A DNA stretch of 64,000 bases from the human T2T-CHM13v2.0 reference genome, Homo sapiens: positions 18,272,001-18,336,000 of the forward strand of contig CP086569.2 in assembly GCA_009914755.4 (NCBI GenBank). The letters run 5' to 3'. The translations under genes were made by a program, and so were the position numbers. The notes below the pieces were generated by a model. The model was not told the DNA's origin and made no database searches. It worked only from the letters and a program-made list of their open reading frames with translations. Positions 29,745 to 42,351 of this stretch are shown piece after piece; the stretch's first letter is position 1; each line of letters opens with the position of its first letter.

Positions 29745-30048
29745 AGTTTTTTTGTTTTGGAGACAGAGTGTCTCTCTGTCCAGCCTGAGTTCAGTGGACA
29801 ATATCGGCTCACTGCAACCTCTGCCTCCTGCATTCAAATGATTCTCATACCTCCGACTCCCAAGTAACTGGGACTACAGGCATCGGCCACCATGTTCAGC
29901 TAATTCTTTTTTGTGTGTGTATTTTAGTAGAGACAGGGTTTCACCATGTTGTCCAGGGTGGTATCAAACTACTGAGCTCAGGTAATCTGCCCTCCTCAGG
30001 CTCCCAAAGTGCTTGTAGGATTACAGGTGTGAGCCACTGCACTTGGTC
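29745..30048 (-). mobile_element. Alu SINE (full length), directly abutting the previous partial Alu
   Basis: cagtttttttgttttggagacagagtgtctctctgtccagcctgagttcagtggacaatatcggctcactgcaacctctgcctcc ... ctcccaaagtgcttgtaggattacaggtgtgagccactgcacttggtc. Confidence 0.9.
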
Positions 30049-30816
30049 TTGGCTAACTTGTAGAGTTAGGATTTCTTGGTCACACAGGCTATTGGTTCCT
30101 GTATTGATGAAAAATAAGATTACTTCCTGCTCACCTCTTACAGTATTCAAACTGTTAAATAAAATCTCCAAATGTTTCTCAGTGCAGAGACTGATGTGGA
30201 GTGCTTGTGTTTGACAGCTTTCATTTCTTTGGGGCATGTAAAATGTCAAGGAGAAACAGCCTAATTTTCTCTGTGGTATATATGATCAATGAGTGATACT
30301 TAATAATTTAGTACACAAACATATGTATGACATTTCCCGAACTACAGAGGCCAACAAAAGTCCGCAGAAGCCCTGTTCCTTGGGAGAACACTGTTTTCTC
30401 TACCCTCTGGGATTCACGCAGAGGAATAAGGACATCCTTCGGCAACTGCGTGTCAGCTTTGGGGTAACTTAGGAAAAGACTTACCATGTTTCTGTTTCAT
30501 CCCTCATTCTACATAGCCTGAATGAGTGTTCTTGTTTATTTGAGCATTTACGTGTCCATCTTCCTCTCTGTACATGAAAGCACCTATCCTTCATTCTGTA
30601 GTAAAAACACCCTTGCTATAATTGTCTATCTACACCCAGCTTTTTGTACCAAATATTTGGATGATTCAACCCTTTGCTTGTTGTCATGACCACTAGCACA
30701 ACCCTTGTCTTTATTTTTGGCAATAACCAAGTTCCTACACTCCTTCTCCTTAAGTAACTTGAAACTTGCTTTCATTTTTCCTCCATCCCTCCCTGGTATC
30801 TCCAAACAATGAATCT

Positions 30817-31116
<300 letters not shown>

Positions 31117-32182
31117 TAAACCATGAATCTTCATTACAAAAGTTGTATTGCCTTCTTCTCTGTTCCTACGTGACAGTCTCAGACAATCAAATTCTGTCAT
31201 TCAGCTAGTATTTTCTAGTATTCCAATTCTTGCACAACTTCAATGTAATCTACACTGGAATATAAAATCCACTCACCTGACCTTTGTTCATTGTCTCTTC
31301 TCTCCCATATTTGGAAGTAGGAACTGTTTGAACAGCCCTGTATAACAAATAACATCGGCATTTACTTAGTACCTCTAGGAAATCTTTTGTGATTAACTAT
31401 AATCCCTCTTCCAAATCATTTTGAAATTTTAGGAAATATCATGGATAATCAGGTAATTTTATTTGATTAATTGGCTATTTGATAAATGTTCTATTTCTCT
31501 GTAACAGCTCCACTAACAAAACAAGTTAAACTCCAACGGGCTTTAAGTTCTCTCCAATGTCACAGAATATATTCCCAGTTTGCTATTCTTTTCTTAAGAG
31601 TGCATGGTATGTATATTGATATATCCCTTTTTACTGTCTTTATGTGACAATTATAAATAAATACTGATCAATAAATATATATTGCTTTGAGTGAGTGAAT
31701 GAGTATTTTGGGTCTAATTTGTAATATGCCTATTCTCAATCTCTTTTATATTGTTATCATTTCTTATTCTATATTTCTGCTGTAATCTAATTTTTGTGCA
31801 AAACAAAGATTGTTTCTTCCTCAAGTTGCTAATTTTTGCCAGTTAAACCTACTTGCTGGAATCAAAAGTACATTTTCATGTAAATGTAGTCACGTTTGTA
31901 TTTTTGGTAAAAACTTAATCTTTTTAAATTGCCTAAGATTCCTCTATTGATTTTTTTTCCTCTTGATGGAATTAATCTTCTCATTGTAAATTAAATAGCA
32001 GTACAATTTTGTAGGACCAATCCTATTTTTAAAATGCCTTGTTTCATCAATTCTATATATTTCCTAAAAGCCACAAGGCTATAACATCCTTCAGTTTTAT
32101 CTGACAATGTTTCCACAAAAATTTTTACACATATTCAGAAATATTTCATAAATTTTGTTATTGACTGAAGGTTTCTGTTTCT

Positions 32183-32680
<498 letters not shown>

Positions 32681-32699
32681 GTATCTTTTTCCCACGTTT

Positions 32700-32858
32700 C
32701 TTTTTTTTTTTTTCAGTTATACTTTAAGTTCTGGAATACATGTGCAGAATGTGCAGGTTTGTTACATAGGTATTTATACACCTGCCATGGTGGTTTGCTG
32801 CACCCATTAACCTGTCATCTACATTAGGTATCTCTCCTAATGCTATCCCTCCCCTAGC
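32700..32858 (-). mobile_element. L1 3'-terminal fragment (~140 bp plus poly-A) lying between the two Alu halves
   Basis: Poly-T 32700-32715, then ttatactttaagttctggaatacatgtgcagaatgtgcaggtttgttacataggtatttatacacctgccatggtggtttgctgcacccattaacctgtcatctacattaggtatctctcctaatgctatccctcccctagc, the reverse complement of an L1PA/L1PB 3' end. Confidence 0.85.
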
Positions 32859-32903
32859 GCTGGCTTCAGAAATGGCACTACACATCTACAACTAACTGAT
32901 CTC

Positions 32904-33043
32904 TTTTTTTTTTTTTTTTTTTTTTTTTTGTATTTTTAGTAGAGATGAAGTTTTACTATGTTTGCCCTGCTGGCCTCAAGTGATCTACCCACTTTGGTCT
33001 CCCACAGTGCTGGGATTATAGGCATGAGTCACCAAGCCCAGCC
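32904..33043 (-). mobile_element. Alu, left-monomer half (continuation of the split Alu)
   Basis: Long T run, then gtatttttagtagagatgaagttttactatgtttgccctgctggcctcaagtgatctacccactttggtctcccacagtgctgggattataggcatgagtcaccaagcccagcc. Confidence 0.8.
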
Positions 33044-34539
33044 TAAGCTGTCAAGCCTGTGGTATACTACTGCAGCAGCCAGAACTGACTAAGACATATA
33101 TTATTAGGATTTACATATATTTCCCACAGAACACAGTTGAAATACACACCCATTGTGTTTAATATTTAACAAGTTATTACTGAACTTCACTTTTTTTTTC
33201 TTGTCTATGAATGTATTGTTGAATTTCCTTATGGGAATCTTTTTATAAAATGCTATGTCACTTCAGCCCTGTGAAGTCTGTGTGTATACTACAGGATGAT
33301 TGCTGAAGACTTTGTTTTCCCCCATTTTTACTTGAGTTAGGATCTTGGTTGTGGTTAAGTATGTCAGAAAGCTACATCAGAGTGAGATCTGAGTGATGAC
33401 AGCTGTCACTGGGCAGGGGTTCTGTGACTTGAGTTTCTTAGTAGGGGTTTTTATGGGAACAGTTCTGCATTTAGCTTGGTATTTCTCCTGCATGGGTCAC
33501 TTCTGGTTTTGAAACATCCATATTAATTTTTAAAGTTCTTACAAATTTGATTAACTAACAACCACAAGTAAATTCATTTCTGCTTAACCTACTTGGAAGA
33601 CCTGCTATTTTAAAGGCTAATTCATGGAAATATGAGTTTAATCATCCTAGATTTAATTAATGGTTCAGTTAGTGCTTTTATAGGGGAGCGCTAGGATTCC
33701 TACTATAAGGCTAATCTTTTCTAAGCTCGTCATTCTTTTGCAGTTACAATTTCATCTCTCTTGTATCATATCTATTTTTTGCATTATTCATAAACTGGCA
33801 CTTGAATTTTAAGAGATACGTTGTTAAGCAAAATTTTAAAATGTTACAGTTAGTCCATAATTAGTCCAAAGAAATATATATTCATCTCAAGGACATTAAG
33901 TCAAGCCAATATGTTGCAAAACCTATTTTGTGTGTATTCCCTGACTTTAAAATTAGGTTTTCAAAAAGATTACTCCCAAGGATTTGAGATCAAACCTCAA
34001 CCCTCAACCCTCATATTATACTGACATTTTAAGAGCAATCATTTGCAATATATATAGGTATGTCCACATTAAATGCCCATGTATATTTTTGGGTAGTTTT
34101 CATTATATATTTTTCATTATTGTTCTGAGTTAAGAATCTCTAAGTTATTACTAAAAATTCCCTGAGATGATACTTCCTGATCATTTATGACTCTACATGT
34201 TTCTCCAAAAATAACAATTGTGTATTTTAGCATGTGGTTACAAGCTCCAAATAAAAGCCTGTAGGTTTACAAGACTTGGGATTTATCTCTACTTTCTGTG
34301 ATAGGTGTCAAATGAATGCCGTCTTATTGGATTTGTTTTTCCAGCAGCCGATATTTCTCATCCACAAGAAGCTCCAGTTCAATTCAAAATTTTGTATTAA
34401 TAACCCGAATATCTACCAAGTCAAGAAAATTTTTTTAGAAAAGCAAAGAATTTATGAACTTACCACATTAAAATAATAACTTTTAATGTCTGGAGGCATT
34501 GCTTTCATGTCTAATTTTTTTTTCTTTGAGCAGAGATAA

Positions 34540-35350
34540 ATGACTTACATATTCGGTATCATATATTATATGCTACCTTATTTGCTACCTTATTTGCTAA
34601 CTTATATGCTACCTTATTTGTCTTCTGTTGATTTAACATTATATATCACTCTCTTTCCCTTTGTGTGTGTGTGTATATATGTAATATATAACATATATTA
34701 TATATTACTCCTATATTTATATTGTATAAATATATGAATATGTAATATTTGTTATAAGTATAATATAGATAACATGCAATTTATCATTGTAACCATTTTA
34801 AATTATACAATTCAGTGGCACACAGTACATTCACAATATTGTGCAACCAACCAACACCCCTATCTAATCCCAGAACATTTTCAAAACATATGTATTTATT
34901 TTGTAAATATGTATTTATTTTGTAAATATGTATTTATTTTGTAAATATGTATTTAAACATATATTCATATATATTGATATATTTATATATAAATATCTAC
35001 ATATTTATATATAAATATGTAAAAATGTATTTATATATTATATATAAATATATAAAATGTATGTATTTATATATAATATATAAATATATAAATATATAAA
35101 ATGTACATATTTATATATACTTATTTCTAAAATATATATTTATATATTTAATATATGTATTTATTCCTAAAATATATATTTATATATTTTTAATATATTT
35201 ATTTATTCCTAAAATATATATTTATATACTTACATTTATTGATTTGTAAAATATATTATATATTTATCTAATATATTTATTTGTAAAATATATGTATTTA
35301 TACTTATCTTTTATGTATATATACTTATCTTTTAAATATATAATTATTTT
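34540..35350. repeat. AT-rich low-complexity region with nested tandem repeats
   Basis: 12-bp tgctaccttattt units (34568-34620); (TA)n; a 23-bp unit tattttgtaaatatgtatttat repeated 4 times (34893-34975); multiple taaaatatatatttatatatt repeats. Confidence 0.85.
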
Positions 35351-35989
35351 AAAATTATATACATATGAATTTATTTTTAAATATATGTTTTATGCCATGA
35401 AGTATCAAAAGTGTATATAAGTATAGGTTTTTAAAAACCTGCAACAAGCATTTCAATAGCAATTCTCATTCAACTCAGGAAAAAGAGAAATAAAACTAGG
35501 CAGTGATTTTTATCAAAAGTGTGAGGTGAAGGAGGCCTTAGATTCAACAATGAGATAAGAAATGTAAGCAACATTTTGGAAGTTGATGTATGGGGTGAGA
35601 ATTGCCCTATTAGAATATGGCACGTTATATCTTGTTTTTAGGTCTCTATGCTCACTGATCAACAAAATGCCTGTCTTTTTAAGTAACTTTTGCAACCCTA
35701 GGATAAGCACAGTTAGTAAGCTTTAGCTACACCCTTTGTGGAGAATTTCGGACAGTTAGCAATGTGATCTTTCTTTCTTTCTTTTTTTTTTTTTTTTTTT
35801 TGCATAATTCAGTAGGTGCATTTGCATTGGTGTTTGCTTTGGATTCCCTAGAAGCACGTTCAGAACAGAGGTTCATAGGAAATTTGTTAGAGAGTGTTCC
35901 TGGGAAAAACACACAGTAAAATAGGAACATTTCTGAGGTCATATGGTAAATCTGTGTTTATCCTGTTGTGGGATCTTCAAATTGTCCTC

Positions 35990-36190
35990 CACAAAACCTG
36001 TACCCATGTTACTTTCCATTCTCATCAGTGATGAACAAGGTTTCACTGACGTGGAATAACCTTGAAAACATCATGCTTAGTGAAAGAAGAAAGACACAAA
36101 GGCCCCGTATCACATTACTCTACTATATGAAATTTCCAAAATAAGGACTTTCTCAGAGACAGAGAAAGACCATGGAGGAGAACATAGAGT
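35990..36190 (+). mobile_element. Old L1 (L1M-like) ORF2-end/3' UTR fragment
   Basis: gatgaacaaggtttcactgacgtggaataaccttgaaaacatcatgcttagtgaaagaagaaagacacaaaggccccgtatcacattactctactatatgaaatttccaaaataaggactttctcagagacagagaaagaccatggagg parallels the L1M 3' region (...atgctaagtgaaagaagccagacacaaaag...). Confidence 0.65.
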
Positions 36191-36589
36191 GTCACTTTGC
36201 CATACACTCCACTGCATTTTTTTTTTTTTTTTTTTTGACCAAGAGCTGCTTTGAGATTTATGCTGTTTGGATCTGGGTCAATCTTTGGCTTATCAATAAA
36301 TTTTAGTCTCTGTTAGCCTTACCGTCTTTAAGAAAATAAGTTATTCTGTGTTCATATCTGTATTTATTCCGTTTTGAATAATTTTATATAAAAGATACAA
36401 GGATTATTTTAATGTTACTGCACTGAAAACTGAGTGCAAGATTACTTAGCAGAACTTTTACAAGTTTCTGTTGACCTTGTTGACTGACCATGACAACTAC
36501 ATATTATGTAATAAATTAATTTATCATAAAAACATATATGTGATATATGTAATATGGATATATATATAGCATCACAAACAGAATTTGAA

Positions 36590-39430
36590 AACAAATGTAT
36601 GCCACTTTTCAGCTTCAAAAACAGGGCTGGAAGCTCGGGGACTTCCCATATCCCAGGATGGGAACTCCCCCAGTTCTGCCCCTTGGCAATTGAATGGTCC
36701 AGGGCAGCTGGCCTTTGTGAAAATTGGGAATATAAATTAGTGCACTTTTAACTATTGGCTGTGAGTGAAGTGCTGCAGGGAATCCCAGTTGGTAAAATGG
36801 ACACTGAGGGAATTTCCTGCCCGGATGGTGTTTGCTGACTGCTTATAAGTTAATGTGTCAAGACAGGACCTGTTGCTACAACAGAAATGTAAACTGGAAA
36901 AGGAAAATGCCAATATGATTTCCAGTCTGGCCCTGGCCCAATGCCAGGCCTATATATTAACTGATCAGGCTCAAAGCTATCAGCCTATTGCTGAAAAATG
37001 CAGCTGTCCAAGTGGACTGGTCAGGGTAAAACTGAAGGCCTAGTTATCCAGGGCTTGAAGCAGGTAAAAACCTAGCTCCTATTTCAAGGATTGGAATCAG
37101 CCATAATAAAATTCAAGGACCTGCTAAAATACTATAATTTGAAACTGCTACCAACAAAAAGGAGGCCCAGAAATTTGTTGGCTGGTTTAGCTTCTGGAGA
37201 CATCATATTTTCCATTTGGGTGATATTTTACAGCCTCTGCACGCAGTTGTTAGAAAACACTATAACTTTCCCTGGAGAAAGAAAGAGACCAAAGCCTTTG
37301 AGCAAGCTGAACAAGCAATGTAATTAGCCCTAGGCATTTGGCCTATATGGGATGAGGCAATAGAATTGCAGGTAACCATCCTGGAGCAGCATACAAATTG
37401 GAGCCCTTGGCAAAAAACAAGATAGAGAAAGAGTGCCTTTGGGGTTTTGGACCCAGAAATTGCCAGAGGCTGGGAAAGATTATATTCCCTTGGAAAAGCA
37501 GCTGTTGGCCTACTACTGGGCTTTACAGGAAAGAAAACACCTTTGTTTTATTCATGATGTTTTTATGAGACCCGACATTCCTATTACAATGCAGATCATA
37601 AGCTCCCCAAAACTCATCAGATAGGGCACACTCAAGGAAGTAGCATCATAAAATGGAAATGGTATATACAAAATAGGGCTAAGCCAAGACCAAAGAGGGT
37701 ATCATTTTTTACATGAGGATGTGCAAAACTTGCCAACTCAGGAACACTGAGCAAGTTCTGCAGATGGGGAAGGAAATTTTCTGCATGCAATGGGGCAAAT
37801 CCTTTGAAGAACTAAGCCCAGAGGATCAGAAATATTCTTGGTTCACTGATGGATCTGCCAAATACATTGGTGGGACCCGATGCTAGAAGGCCAGGGCTTA
37901 TAATCCTGTTAAAAAACATAAGCATTTCTGATGAAGGAAAGGGTGGGAGCAGCCAGATAGCTGAACTAGTAGCCAACTTCTGGGCTATTCAGGAGGAGGT
38001 CAGAGGAATCTGTCACTTGTGTATCAACTCTTGGTCAGTAGTAAATAGTCTTACTACCTGGATGCCCCAGTGGCAAAGAAAGAAATGGTTTACTGGGAAT
38101 AAAGAGGTTTGGGAATAAACAATACTGGGAAGATATCTGGATCCTTGTGCACACTATCATTATCACTGTTTTCCATGTTGATGCTCATGCATCTCTGCTT
38201 TTTGTTGATAGTCTATTAATCAGCAAGCAGATCAATGGCCAAAATTTCCACATAACTGAAAACAAATGCAGATGAATGGATTAAAACATGTTCAAGCCGT
38301 GCAATGAGAGGCATTATAGTCTATGGTAGTATATTGATAGTGATTACTGGGGAGAGTTAAAAATCATTTCATAAAATACCAACCCAGATTCTTTTGCCAT
38401 AAAGCCACAGATGCAGATTGCCCAGCTACTGATAGTACCCTGTCAACAATTAAGCCCCAAGGAAATTTCTGCCCTGATTAAAAACAGTATATAGAACTGG
38501 AGAATTCCGTTCCACTGGAGTGGGCAACTTAAGACTTGGAGCCAAACTATGGGTAAAACATCTATCAGATCCTGCCCCTAGGGTGGGCAATCATATAGCT
38601 ATGGGGAAGAAAATGAAGGGGTGGTACAATTTTCTAAAGAAAAAAAAAGTTCTCCTCTGTTTTTGTTATTACAGAGAATAACCTGTCTGCTAGTAATCAG
38701 TACCTAGATTGTCATGTCTGAGGCCAAAAATGAATTCAATAAATAGGTGGCCACTGCCACAAAAGAGGCCAACTGCACTCAATTCTCGCTATGTGTTGAG
38801 TTGCTTGCATGTAGAAAACTCTCTTAACAATAGTAGCACTGGACTTATGTTTCTATCAGATGAATTTGCTCAGCTGCATGTTGTTGTGTTGCAAAATCAA
38901 CATTAAACATGCTTACGAAAGCCCAAGGAGGGGTCTATGCCTTACTGCATACTGAGTGTTGTGTGCATATCTCTGACAATTCTCCCAAAATTACTCTCCT
39001 TGCCTAAGACATGCAGAAACAGGTAAAACAGTTAGCATCTAACCATCAGGACTGCATTATAAATTGTCTGTCCAATTGGCATTGGTGTTGGCCATGGTGG
39101 GTGTGATTTTTATTAATTGTGCTTTTAATTCTCCTGTGCTTACCCTGTATCTGTAATCTATATCAACTATGCCTTCCCCATGTATCTATACACATTTTGT
39201 CTTAAAACTATGTGTCAAATTGAGGCCAAATGTGGAGGAAGAGTTAAATATTAAATTTGAACTCAATTGAACATGGACATAAACAATGGTCACCAAGTCC
39301 CAGAACAGGTTGCATGAGCCTCTTGAGGCATTCATCCAAGATTGTTGAGGAGAATTCTCTATTTCAATCTGTTCTTATACATTAGTCATTGAAAAAAAAC
39401 CAGACAATCTGTGGGTGCCAAGCCATCCAG
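36590..39430 (+). mobile_element. Endogenous-retrovirus internal fragment (pol RT/RNase H remnant and gamma-type env TM); 5'-truncated with internal deletions
   Basis: Track ORFs give an RT connection-domain-like peptide (FWTQKLPEAGKDYIPLEKQLLAYYWALQERKHLCFIH, 37433-37624). An RNase H-like peptide at 37849-38118 has the SAQxAEL-type motif (GSSQIAELVANFWAIQEE), and an ...VFHVDAHA motif follows at 38160-38200. At 38855-39000 an env TM immunosuppressive-domain region reads ...VLQNQH then, after a frameshift, ...LTKAQGGVYALLHTECCVHISDNS, matching the gamma-type pattern LQNRRxLDLLTAxxGGxCxxLxExCCFY. The membrane-anchor-like SNWHWCWPWWV...LLIVLLILLCLPCICNL follows. Expected integrase and env SU are largely absent. 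Confidence 0.7.
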
Positions 39431-39599
39431 GTGCCAAGGCAAGAGACTGAGGACATGAGCTGCTCCAGTATAATAAAATACAAAATAAGAATAGTTATAT
39501 CAGATATAGATCTTAGATATGATTATATATGAATATCATTAATCATTAGCTTGTAGCAATTACTCTTTATTCCAATATTACAATAATCCTTGCTCTATA

Positions 39600-40440
39600 A
39601 TCATAACCTAGGAAAAATCAGGCCATATAGAGATAGAAGCTGAGGAGATATAGTGAGAAGTGACCAGAGGACAAGAATGCAAGCCTTCTGTTATGCCCAG
39701 ACAGGGCCACCAGAGGGCTCCTTGGTCTAGCGGTAATGCCAGCCTCTGGGAAGACGCCATTGCCAAGTGGACCATGGTCTAGCGGTAGCCTTAGTGTCAA
39801 GGAAAAATACCTGCTACTTAGCATACCGGGAAAAGGAGTCTCCCTTTCACCCTGGGGAGTTTAGAGAAGACTCTACTCCTCTACCTCTTGTGGAAGGTCT
39901 GACATTAGTCAGGACCACCCGCAGTTATTTGGAGGCCTAACCATCTCTCTGTGATGCTGTGCTTCAATGGTCAAGCTCCTAGTCCACCTTCATGTTCCAT
40001 CTTGTACACCTGGCTCTGCCATTTAGTTAGCCGTAGCAAATTAATGAAAGTACTAAAAGTCTCTGATAAGCAGAAATAATAACTTAAGCTGTTTCTCTCT
40101 TTCTCCTTTGTCTCTCTGCCTTGGCTGCCAGGCAGGGAAGGGCCCCCTGTCTAGTGGACAAGTGATCCATGTGGCCTTACCTATCATTGGAGATGGCTCA
40201 CACTCCTTATCCTGCCCCTTTCTCTTGTATCCAATAAATATCAGCGCAGCCTGGCATTCGGGGCCACTACTGGTCTCTGCGTCTTGGTTGTAGCGGTCCC
40301 CCAGGCCCAGCTGTCTTTTCTTTTATCTCTTTGTCTTGTGTCTTTATTTCTACAATCTCTTGTCTCCACACACTAGGAGAAAACCCCCCGACCCTGTGGG
40401 GCTGGACCCTACCACAATCACCAAAACAAGTTAACCATTT
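39600..40440 (+). mobile_element. 3' LTR of the preceding ERV fragment (boundaries approximate)
   Basis: Purine-rich stretch at 39615-39660. Internal duplication of ggtctagcggta at 39728-39790. Poly-A signal ccaataaatatcagc at 40230-40245, and the LTR ends ...ggaccctaccaca. The U5-like end (tctttgtcttgtgtctttatttctacaatctcttgtctccacacactaggagaaaacccc) is LTR-like. Family not identified. Confidence 0.55.
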
Positions 40441-40541
40441 TGTGTTTCTTCAGCCCAGTCACAAAGGGCCCTAATGACTGGGCCTCATGCCAAACAAAGC
40501 ATTACAAAAAAGCTAGGGTCCCAGACCACACTAAACCTTGA

Positions 40542-40864
40542 TTTTTTGTTTGTTTGTTTGTTTGTTTGTTTTTTGAGATGAAGCCTGGTTCTGTTGCCCA
40601 GGCTGGAGTTCAGTGGTACAATCTCAGCTCACTCTAACCTCCCCATCCTGGGTTTCAAGTGATTCTCCTGCCTCAGCCTCCCAAATAACTGGGATTACAG
40701 GAGTACATCACCAGGCCCCCCTAATTTTTTTGTATTTTATTTCTAGTAAAGATGAGGTTTTACCACGTTGGTTGGGCTGGTCTTGAAATCCTGACCTCAA
40801 GAGCTCTGTCCACCTCAGCATCCCAAATTGCAGGGATCACAGGCATGAGACACCATGCTCAGCT
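40542..40864 (-). mobile_element. Alu SINE with (TTTG)n tail
   Basis: ttttttgtttgtttgtttgtttgtttgttttttgagatgaagcctggttctgttgcccaggctggagttcagtggtacaatctcagctcactc ... catcccaaattgcagggatcacaggcatgagacaccatgctcagc. Confidence 0.9.
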
Positions 40865-40884
40865 CTATGACTGATTTTCTTATT

Positions 40885-41036
40885 TTTTATTGCCCTGTAT
40901 GCCTACAACTATGTAAAAAAAAAAAAAAAACTACTTAAGAAGCTCAAGCCCGGTAAGATAAATTCCTGATTAGCTAACTCAGAACTCACAGTTGGGATTT
41001 GGTTTGCGTCTTGGTTTTTACTTTTTTATTTGAACA
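40885..41036 (+). repeat. ~150-bp direct repeat, copy A; copy B at 42196-42351
   Basis: ttattgccctgtatgcctacaactatgtaaaaaaaaaaaaaaaactacttaagaagctcaagcccggtaagataaattcctgattagctaactcagaactcacagttgggatttggtttgcgtcttggtttttacttttttatttgaacag. Confidence 0.7.
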
Positions 41037-41084
41037 GAAAGCAAATTGGAGGTTGCCAGAGACTAGAAAGAAGGACTGTGAGTT

Positions 41085-41300
41085 GGCTGCTAATGAATAC
41101 AAGGTCTTCTTTTTGGGTGATAAAAGTGTTCTGGGACTAGATAGAAGTGGTGTTTGCACAATTTTGTGATTACCCTTAATGCCACTGAACTATATACTTT
41201 AAAATGATTAAAATGGTAAATTTTATGTTATATGTGTTTTACTGCAATGAAAGATAAACTTTATCTTTCATTGCAATAAAAGATATATAAAAATACATAC
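41085..41300 (+). mobile_element. Old L1 (L1M-like) 3' UTR end
   Basis: gggtgataaaagtgttctgggactagatagaagtggtgtttgcacaattttgtgattacccttaatgccactgaactatatactttaaaatgattaaaatggtaaattttatgttatatgtgttttac... matches the L1M 3' terminus (...gatgaaaatgttctggaattagatagtggtgatggttgcacaac...ccactgaattgtacactttaaaatggttaattttatgttatgtg...). Confidence 0.7.
41243..41276. repeat. Perfect 33-bp palindrome (16-bp arms) at the L1M 3' terminus
   Basis: tgcaatgaaagataaa c tttatctttcattgca. Confidence 0.9.
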
Positions 41301-41529
41301 TTATATAATAAATCAATATTTATATAGATATTTATATAAACATATTGAATATATTTAAAATAACATATTTACATTACATAAAATTTATATAAAATGTTTA
41401 TATATTTATAAATGTACATGTGCTATACATATTTGTGTGTACATATAAATATAAACATTAACATAAATATAAATGTAAATTAATTATAACAGCATTTCCA
41501 GCCTACCACAAGTGTGGCCACAAAAACTT

Positions 41530-42060
41530 CCCAGCATGTTTGAACTCTTTGTGGCTGCTACAGTCTACAGTAAACTACTGCAATGCTACAGAGTTAACCA
41601 AAATGTATTTTCACACTGCTGGAGGATAGAAGTCTAAAATTAGAGTTTGCAGGACACTGCTCCCTCTGAAGGCTCTGGGGAGGATCATTACTGCCTCTTT
41701 AAAATTTTGTGGTCTGCAGGCACCTCTTGGTTTGTGGCTTCATCATTCCAGTCTTCAAGGCCAACATCTTCAACTCTCTCTCCTCCATTTTGACATTGCA
41801 TTCTCTTGTCCATGTATGTCCAAACCTCTCTTTATCTCCCTTCCTTAAGGATTCTTGTGATTACTTTGGGCACAGCTGGATAATCCAGAGTCATCTCCCA
41901 TCTCAATATCCTTTCTACATCTTATCTGCAAAGTGTCTTTCCCCATGCAGTCACATATCCCTAGCTTCTGGGGATTTGGATTGGATGACATCTTTGAAGA
42001 TGACTTTATTTAGCCTAACTACACCCAGGTTGAAGGCTCTCTCTTGCTGAACCAACTAAT
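41530..42060 (-). mobile_element. MaLR LTR (MLT1-like), partial
   Basis: ctgctacagtctacagtaaactactgcaatgctacagagttaaccaaaatgtattttcacactgctggaggatagaagtctaaaattagagtttgcaggacactgctccctctgaaggctctgg parallels the reverse complement of the MLT1 LTR 3' region (...ctgctataacaaaataccatagactgggtggcttaaacaacagaaatttatttctcacagttctggaggctggaagtccaagatcaaggtg...). Track ORF 41709-42050 (113 aa) lies wholly inside it. Confidence 0.5.
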
Positions 42061-42195
42061 AAACCCAACTTTTTCAACTACATGTGTCTTCTTGGTGGTC
42101 TTTGGCTAGAGGACATTGAAACATTAAGTTTGAAAATAAAAACAGAGACTGCCCTCTGAGTAAATCTCAGAGGTCGACTGATCAGGAAATAACCT

Positions 42196-42351
42196 TTTAT
42201 TGTTCATTGCCCTGTATACCTACAACTATGCCAAAAAAAAAAAAAATTAAGATGCTCACAGCATTGTGAGATCAATTCCTGATTTGCTTACTCAGAATAC
42301 GCACACTACCATTATGACTTTTGTCTTGGTTTTTATTTTTTTATGTGAACA
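42196..42351 (+). repeat. ~150-bp direct repeat, copy B (partner of 40885-41036)
   Basis: ttattgttcattgccctgtatacctacaactatgccaaaaaaaaaaaaaattaagatgctcacagcattgtgagatcaattcctgatttgcttactcagaatacgcacactaccattatgacttttgtcttggtttttatttttttatgtgaacag. Confidence 0.7.

Noticed and set aside
30340-30480. Slight local CpG enrichment as a possible CpG island or promoter
   Set aside because: Only about 5 CpGs in ~140 bp and GC content is not elevated. This is far below CpG-island criteria.
39600-40440. Assigning the ERV 3' LTR to HERV-K (LTR5-like) on the basis of U5-end resemblance
   Set aside because: The resemblance is limited to the general T-rich U5 architecture, and the env is gamma-type, which HERV-K (HML) groups do not carry. 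The family is left unassigned pending database comparison.
41709-42050. 113-aa plus-strand ORF
   Set aside because: It lies entirely within an MLT1-like MaLR LTR fragment (minus orientation). It has no start context or homology and is a repeat-derived ORF.
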